NCBI RefSeq assembly: GCF_000018105.1
Contig: NC_009925.1
Location: 180,001 to 212,000, forward strand
Reading direction: 5' to 3'
From: Acaryochloris marina MBIC11017
GTDB taxonomy: Bacteria; Cyanobacteriota; Cyanobacteriia; Thermosynechococcales; Thermosynechococcaceae
Length of the DNA: 32,000 nucleotides
Part shown: positions 27,395 through 32,000 of the stretch, one piece after another
Layout of the letters: every line of letters begins with the position of its first letter
Numbering within the stretch: the stretch's first letter is position 1
Notes under the pieces: model-generated
Databases searched by the model: none
Seen by the model: only the letters and a program-made list of their open reading frames with translations
What the model was told of the DNA's origin: nothing
Program-made: the position numbers and the translations under genes

Positions 27395-27550
27395 CTACCT
27401 ATAAGGGATCTCATGCTCATCTTGTGGTTTAGAAATGGTAGTCCAGCAGTGACGGCAAAACCAATGAGGACCCTCATGACTCACCTGTTGAACCATTGTA
27501 TGGGAGCAGTAAGGGCATGTCGGTGTTGAGCAGTAAGGACAAGATTGCAT
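27395..27550 (-). CDS. small Cys-rich zinc-ribbon-like protein (51 aa)
   Basis: Not in the ORF track. Sequence is MQSCPYCSTPTCPYCSHTMVQQVSHEGPHWFCRHCWTTISKPQDEHEIPYR, with CPYC, CPYC and CRHC pairs. GGAGG lies 8 nt upstream of the ATG. It sits between the SDR and DUF1971 genes on the same strand. Confidence 0.5.
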   Translation of the reverse strand: MQSCPYCSTPTCPYCSHTMVQQVSHEGPHWFCRHCWTTISKPQDEHEIPYR

Positions 27551-27613
27551 CGTATCAACCTCCGATGAGAATCAATTAAGGAAATTATTCTGGTCTTGGG
27601 ATCTTTGACTGGC

Positions 27614-28453
27614 TTAGGAAGGACCTGCATTACAGCAGTCTTTAAATTCAAATTCAGTTTGCCGAGTAGATTGCCGATGGCCCAGCCTGGCCGACAGTTG
27701 CATCGCCCGCTCTACAAACCCAGGTGCAATGTAGCTAGCGAAGATGGCTATCTTAGATTGCCAGCCCACCCAAATCTCTTTCTTGCCAGAGCGCAAGCCT
27801 TTTACAAAGGCTTTGGCGACATCACTAGGCGAACTAGCAATCACCCAGGCAAATTTATCCGTATTTTGAACCATATCCGTTTCGGTTAGGGTCGGCAATA
27901 AGGCAACGACCTGAACGTTATAACTAGCTAACTCCATACGAAGAGATTGAGTCATTCCCAACAAAGCAAATTTGGTCGCTGAGTAGGTGGAGTAGGTGGG
28001 GGCAGCAAGTTTCCCCATTAAGCTTGAGACATTGACAATAGTTCCAGCCCGATGCTTTACCATATGCTGAGCTATCAGTCTGGTAATCGCAAAGGTCCCA
28101 CACAGATTTAAACGAATCTCAGCTTCAAATTCTTCAATGGTGGAGCTGAGAAAACTGGCCTGATGTGCCACCCCTGCATTGTTCACTAGCAGATCAATCG
28201 GACCAAAATCGGACAGTGCTTGGGGAATGAATTGCTTAATCTGTCCTGTTTGAGTCAAATCTAGTGAGATCACAACCACATCAACTTCAGGGGCCAATTG
28301 GTGTATCTCTCTAGTTAAGTGCTTTAAACAACATTGCTGACGGGCAATGAGTATCAGACGAGCGATACCCTGCTGGGCAAGTTCAAGAGCGATCGCTTTG
28401 CCTATACCTCGTGATGCTCCTGTAATCAAGGCGGTCTTGTTTTTGAGTCTCAT
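27614..28453 (-). CDS. short-chain dehydrogenase/reductase (classical SDR)
   Basis: Motifs TGASRGIG, NNAG and YSATK (YxxxK). 279 aa. Confidence 0.9.
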   Translation of the reverse strand: MRLKNKTALITGASRGIGKAIALELAQQGIARLILIARQQCCLKHLTREIHQLAPEVDVVVISLDLTQTGQIKQFIPQALSDFGPIDLLVNNAGVAHQASFLSSTIEEFEAEIRLNLCGTFAITRLIAQHMVKHRAGTIVNVSSLMGKLAAPTYSTYSATKFALLGMTQSLRMELASYNVQVVALLPTLTETDMVQNTDKFAWVIASSPSDVAKAFVKGLRSGKKEIWVGWQSKIAIFASYIAPGFVERAMQLSARLGHRQSTRQTEFEFKDCCNAGPS

Positions 28454-28706
28454 TCTTAGCTTCTCCCAGCTCGATTAGGTATCGGTCATCTTCAAAACCA
28501 ATGTTGCTGTGTAGGGTGAGTGAATTCCAAACTGTAACGGCCACTAGGTAAACGATATGGGTTACCAAACTATTAGTAATGATGAGTGTCTAACAGGGTG
28601 AACATCCAAACGGATGAAGACTAACAGCGAAAATGTGTCCTACTGTTTTCTTGAAGTCTTTTGCTGTTCCGTACATACTCAATATGCTGAATCTTCATCT
28701 ACATGT

Positions 28707-28724
28707 CTTTGAGGTAGCTCAAAG
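28707..28724. promoter_or_regulatory. FNR-spaced palindrome CTTTGAG-GTAG-CTCAAAG (candidate Crp/Fnr box 1)
   Basis: Perfect 7-bp arms with a 4-bp spacer. It lies 15 bp upstream of the Crp/Fnr regulator ATG and 254 bp upstream of the divergent SDR start. The 12-bp core TGAGGTAGCTCA is shared with 29445-29460. Confidence 0.55.
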
Positions 28725-28738
28725 AGCAGCCCTTTTAT

Positions 28739-29440
28739 ATGAAAGCCACTGTTGAACAACTTGCAGGACTCTCTCTTTTTGCAGAACTGCGTCCCCAAGA
28801 TTTAGAAACGCTGCAACCCCATACTCAGATTCGAACCTACCGAAAAGAAGAGATTCTTATTCATGAGGGAGATCTGATTCCTGAAAAACTGCATGTGTTG
28901 TTCAAAGGGGTACTGCAAGTCGTTAAAAGTTCAGCAACGGGGAAGGAGACGATTTTGCGGCGGCTGAGGGCAGGTGATATCTTTGCTGCTCCAGCTCTGT
29001 TTGGAGACGCATTAGCTCCAGCAACGGTCTTGGCAATTGAGGATTGCCAGGTATTAACCATTGATAGAGCAGACCTTTTGAGGGCGATTCAAGAAGCTCC
29101 AGAACTGGCGCTGAGCATCTTGGTGGTCTTTAACCAGCGGCTCCAGCAGTTGCATAAGATGGTGCATGGGTTGGTTTCAGAGCGAGCAGTGGTGCGTTTG
29201 GCTCAGCTCATCCAATATTCAGCTCTACAGCATGGAACTAAGGTGACGGAGGCAGGTGAGCAGCTTCAGATCAAGTTGCCCTACTACCAAATGGCACGGA
29301 GCATCGGGATTACTTATGAAGAATGTGCTCGCTTAATGAAAGGACTCCATGCAGTAGTGGCCTATCAAAGGGGTGGCAAAATTGTCATTCTTGATCCGGA
29401 GGAATTGACAGCCATCGCTGAAGGGCAAAAAGAAATTTAG
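28739..29440 (+). CDS. Crp/Fnr family transcriptional regulator (no N-terminal Cys cluster)
   Basis: 233 aa. It has a cNMP-binding-like beta-roll (LFAEL...IHEGD...GKETILRRLRAGDIFA), a dimerisation helix, and a C-terminal HTH (YQMARSIGITYEECARLMKGL) with an FNR-like E-x2-A-R recognition helix. Confidence 0.9.
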   Translation: MKATVEQLAGLSLFAELRPQDLETLQPHTQIRTYRKEEILIHEGDLIPEKLHVLFKGVLQVVKSSATGKETILRRLRAGDIFAAPALFGDALAPATVLAIEDCQVLTIDRADLLRAIQEAPELALSILVVFNQRLQQLHKMVHGLVSERAVVRLAQLIQYSALQHGTKVTEAGEQLQIKLPYYQMARSIGITYEECARLMKGLHAVVAYQRGGKIVILDPEELTAIAEGQKEI

Positions 29441-29444
29441 CTTG

Positions 29445-29460
29445 TATGAGGTAGCTCATA
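29445..29460. promoter_or_regulatory. FNR-spaced palindrome TATGAG-GTAG-CTCATA (candidate Crp/Fnr box 2)
   Basis: Perfect 6-bp arms with a 4-bp spacer. It lies between the regulator stop (29440) and the globin ATG (29523). The core is identical to box 1. Confidence 0.55.
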
Positions 29461-29522
29461 GTTGTTCGTAGGCAATCTTGGCAGACTTAAACCTGTTCAA
29501 GTTACCGAGACGAAAATGAACT

Positions 29523-29969
29523 ATGGCGCTACAAACAGAACTTCTGACAAATAGCTTTGACCTGCTTCGAGAGAATGAAGCAGAATTCACCCAAGTGTTT
29601 TACGGCACATTATTTACGGACTACCCACAGGTGAAACCGCTGTTCTCCAACACTCATATGGATGAACAGGCCAAGAAATTATTTGCTTCTCTACTATTAG
29701 TGGTAAACAACCTGACAAAGCCCGATGCGCTTTCCTCAGCTCTGAAAGGTTTAGGCACTCGACATGTGAAGTATGGCGTTCTACCCGAACATTACCCCCT
29801 GGTTGGTAGCACCCTCCTCAAATCAATGGCAGCGACTCTCAAAGATCAGTGGACTCCAGATATTGAGGCAGCCTGGACTGATGCCTATGGGGCGATCACT
29901 GAAATCATGCTGGAGGGGACGGATTACCCCGAAGAAGTATTGATCTCTGAAAGTATGTCAGCAACTTAA
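29523..29969 (+). CDS. single-domain 3-on-3 bacterial hemoglobin (Vitreoscilla Hb / flavohemoglobin globin-domain-like)
   Basis: 148 aa. Markers are FTQVFYGTLFTDYPQVKPLF (Tyr B10), DEQAKKL (Gln E7), LGTRHVKYGV (proximal His F8) and EHYPLVGSTLL. Confidence 0.85.
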   Translation: MALQTELLTNSFDLLRENEAEFTQVFYGTLFTDYPQVKPLFSNTHMDEQAKKLFASLLLVVNNLTKPDALSSALKGLGTRHVKYGVLPEHYPLVGSTLLKSMAATLKDQWTPDIEAAWTDAYGAITEIMLEGTDYPEEVLISESMSAT

Positions 29970-29976
29970 AAGAACT

Positions 29977-31164
29977 ATGAATCAGCGCTTTCAATCGCAA
30001 CCCTATAAGAGTCTTTGCTTAGCAACAATTGCCTTTGCGATCTCATTTGCCAGTTGGGGGGTGATCGCTGGGGTTGCTCCCTTACTGAAACAAGAATTAG
30101 GACTCTCGGCTACTCAAGTTAGCCTCATGGTCGCTATCCCGGTTCTACTGGCGGCCTTGGGTCGGATCCCCTTAGGCATCCTCACAAATCGGTTTGGGGG
30201 GCGTTTGGTCTTTAGCCTATTATTGATTCTCGGGATTATTCCTCCTGTCGCTTTGGCGCTGAATCACTCTTACCTCAGCCTCCTATTCTAGGGACTCTGG
30301 CTAGGTTTAGCAGGGAGTTCCTTTACCGTTGGCATTGCCTTTGTATCCACTTGGTTCCCTACACGAGCACAAGGGACCGCTCTAGGCATCTATGGTTTGG
30401 GAAATATTGGGCAATCGATTGCTTTGATTGGGGGACCATTGTTAGCCCATCGCTTTGGAATTGCGGCTCCGTTTCTCTTATTTGGTCTAGCGTCCCTCAC
30501 TTGGGGGATTGTTTTCGCTATTTTTGCGCGGAACGCAAGAGGGAAAAGGGTGCCCAAGACTATTGGGCAGAATTTCAAGTTCCTCCGTCGAACAAAGCTG
30601 GCCTGGGTACTCAGCCTGTTCTATTCACTGACTTTTGGTGGGTTTGTGACTCTCAGCATCTATTTGCCCACGATTTATCAAGAGACCTTTTCAATCAATT
30701 CAACTACTGCAGGGGCACTCACGGCTACCTTTGTGATCGTCGCGACGGCTTGTCGGCCTTTTGGAGGATGGGTGAGTGATCGCATAGGCGGCAGAAAACT
30801 CTTATTAATTGTCTTGTTAGGGGTCTTCCTCATTGGATGGACTTTGGCTATCCAATCAATGCTCCTCTTTACTCTAGGTAGCATTGGGAGTGCGGTTCTT
30901 CTAGGACTAGGCAATGGAGGAGTCTTCAAACTTGTTCCCGAATATTTTCCTAAACAGACTGGCACCGTCACAGGCTTAGTGGGAGCAGCAGGAGGGCTGG
31001 GCGGTTTCTTTCCACCCATCTTTCTAGGAGTGATGAAAGATATGATGGGCAGCTATACATTCGGTTTTTTAGCTTTAAGTCTATTTGGCCTTATTTGTGC
31101 TGGAGTATTATGCATCACTTTCTTAGAAGTAAATCCCCCCAATTCGACTGTCCCTTCTCGATAG
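29977..31164 (+). pseudogene. narK: NarK/NasA-family MFS nitrate/nitrite transporter interrupted by one in-frame TAG (30289-30291)
   Basis: Track ORFs 29977-30291 and 30397-31164 are in the same frame. Translation straight through the TAG is continuous: ...NHSYLSLLF-stop-GLWLGLAGSSFTVGIAFVSTWFPTRAQGTALGIYGLGNIGQS.... Nitrate-signature-like motifs GLAGSSF and LGLGNGGVFKLVP are present. The result would be ~395 aa with 12 TM-like segments. Confidence 0.8.
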
Positions 31165-31293
31165 TGTTATTGATGAACTCGTGGTTGCGCTGGAGAATAG
31201 CGAACCCCAAAACAGATTTGGCATGTCAGTATCAGTTACTTCAGACTTATGATTGTTTCCAATCTTTGAGCTGGGTTTTAATTGCAAGTATGT

Positions 31294-31680
31294 TTAGTTA
31301 TGTCCTTTTTGGGCCGCTGCATCGATGCTGATTGATCCAGCCCCAGTGTAAATCACCATCAGGAGTCCCCCGATTAAACCCACATTTTTCAAGAAGGCAT
31401 TGACTTGGCTTGGATCGCCAATGAAATTATGAAATACCAGCGTGGCTGGAATCAGAAACAGAATCAGCAATAGTGCACCAAGTTTAACTTTATAGCCCAT
31501 GACCAGAGATAAGCCTCCCACAAGTTGAAAAACAATGGTGCCAATAGCGAGTGCTGGGGCCAAGGGGAGAGTTTTACCAATCATCTCAACGAAACCAGAA
31601 AATCCCAGTAGATGGTCAATTCCAGCCTTGAAAAAGATAAGGGACAAACAGATGCGAGCTGCCAAGGGTATGTATGTCAT
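31294..31680 (-). CDS. DoxX family membrane protein
   Basis: 128 aa with four hydrophobic helices. The N-terminal LAARICLSLIFFKAGIDHL and the FQLVGGLSLVMG pattern are typical of DoxX. Confidence 0.8.
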   Translation of the reverse strand: MTYIPLAARICLSLIFFKAGIDHLLGFSGFVEMIGKTLPLAPALAIGTIVFQLVGGLSLVMGYKVKLGALLLILFLIPATLVFHNFIGDPSQVNAFLKNVGLIGGLLMVIYTGAGSISIDAAAQKGHN

Positions 31681-31932
31681 CAGCTTTATCCTTTATGAGG
31701 TAAGGGGGGCTTTTATATCTTGAAGAATTTGACTGACATTTGTCAGGGTTCATTCAGGTTCAGACAACCCTATTATTTCGAGTGATTGAAAGCAGCGATT
31801 AACGTGAAGGTCTTAAGAGTGCGGTTGCTCCCTGTATCAATTGGATTTCCGTAAACTCTCGGATACAGAAAACACAAGAGCTTATTTACTATAGAGGAAT
31901 AAATATATAAATAAATCTAGTAATCAATAACT

Positions 31933-32000
31933 ATGTCACCGTTAGAAAAAGAACTTCTTCCTATAGATGAGACTGAAGTATTCCCAGAAAATGACGAGCT
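31933..32000 (+). CDS. possible 5' end of an unknown gene (runs off window end)
   Basis: An ATG at 31933 opens MSPLEKELLPIDETEVFPENDE.... Too short to judge. Confidence 0.15.
   Translation, partial: MSPLEKELLPIDETEVFPENDE

Noticed and set aside
27596-28568. ORFs 27596-27889(+) and 28383-28568(-)
   Set aside because: They lie antisense to, or overlap the start of, the SDR gene without support.
30351-31019. ORFs 30351-30779(+), 30390-30578(-) and 30678-31019(-)
   Set aside because: They are alternative frames of the NarK-type gene. The narK frame shows continuous MFS TM segments and signature motifs.
1-32000. CRISPR arrays, tRNA/rRNA genes, integrase or recombinase genes
   Set aside because: I saw no regularly spaced direct repeats, no T-psi-C-like GGTTCGAATCC motifs with cloverleaf context, no rRNA-like segments, and no integrase-like ORF in any frame of the track.

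Overview
The window looks like a cyanobacterial chromosome segment. Evidence is nine copies of the HIP1 octamer GCGATCGC, a high-light-inducible protein gene, and a pst operon next to a CHAD gene. Conserved housekeeping blocks alternate with AT-richer accessory patches.

Left to right:
- pstS-pstC-pstA (minus strand) with a phased Pho-box-like repeat
- a CHAD protein
- a solitary IS200/RAYT-like Y1 transposase
- a 1.1-kb AT-rich gene-poor stretch
- a DnaJ/TPR protein, a STAS protein and an FGE/SUMF1-type lipoprotein
- two hypothetical envelope proteins, an unlisted 54-aa HLIP gene, and folP
- an accessory patch (11.1-14.7 kb) holding two unknown proteins, an XRE regulator, a 5'-truncated and frameshifted PAS-GGDEF remnant, an acidic immunity-like protein and a decayed SMI1/KNR4 (SUKH) gene
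- a membrane-anchored glycosidase-like protein and a 912-aa hybrid histidine kinase

Two clusters stand out.

1. 19.4-26.3 kb: a tetR-SDR operon followed by three paralogous alpha/beta-fold proteins. In all three the nucleophile-elbow Ser is replaced by Cys. The middle, AT-rich paralog is bracketed by ~260-bp direct repeats made of gene-end fragments. The whole block is flanked by inverted DJ-1/PfpI paralogs, one of them truncated, that share conserved upstream boxes.

2. 27.0-31.7 kb: a divergent cluster containing:
- a YeaR-like DUF1971 protein
- an unlisted Cys-rich zinc-ribbon ORF
- an SDR
- a Cys-less Crp/Fnr regulator
- a Vgb-like single-domain globin
- a NarK-type transporter interrupted by one in-frame TAG
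- DoxX
Two copies of an FNR-spaced palindrome (core TGAGGTAGCTCA) tie this cluster together. I read it as a candidate nitrite/NO-stress regulon.

I found no rRNA, tRNA or CRISPR array. All homology calls come from motif recognition by eye, not database searches.
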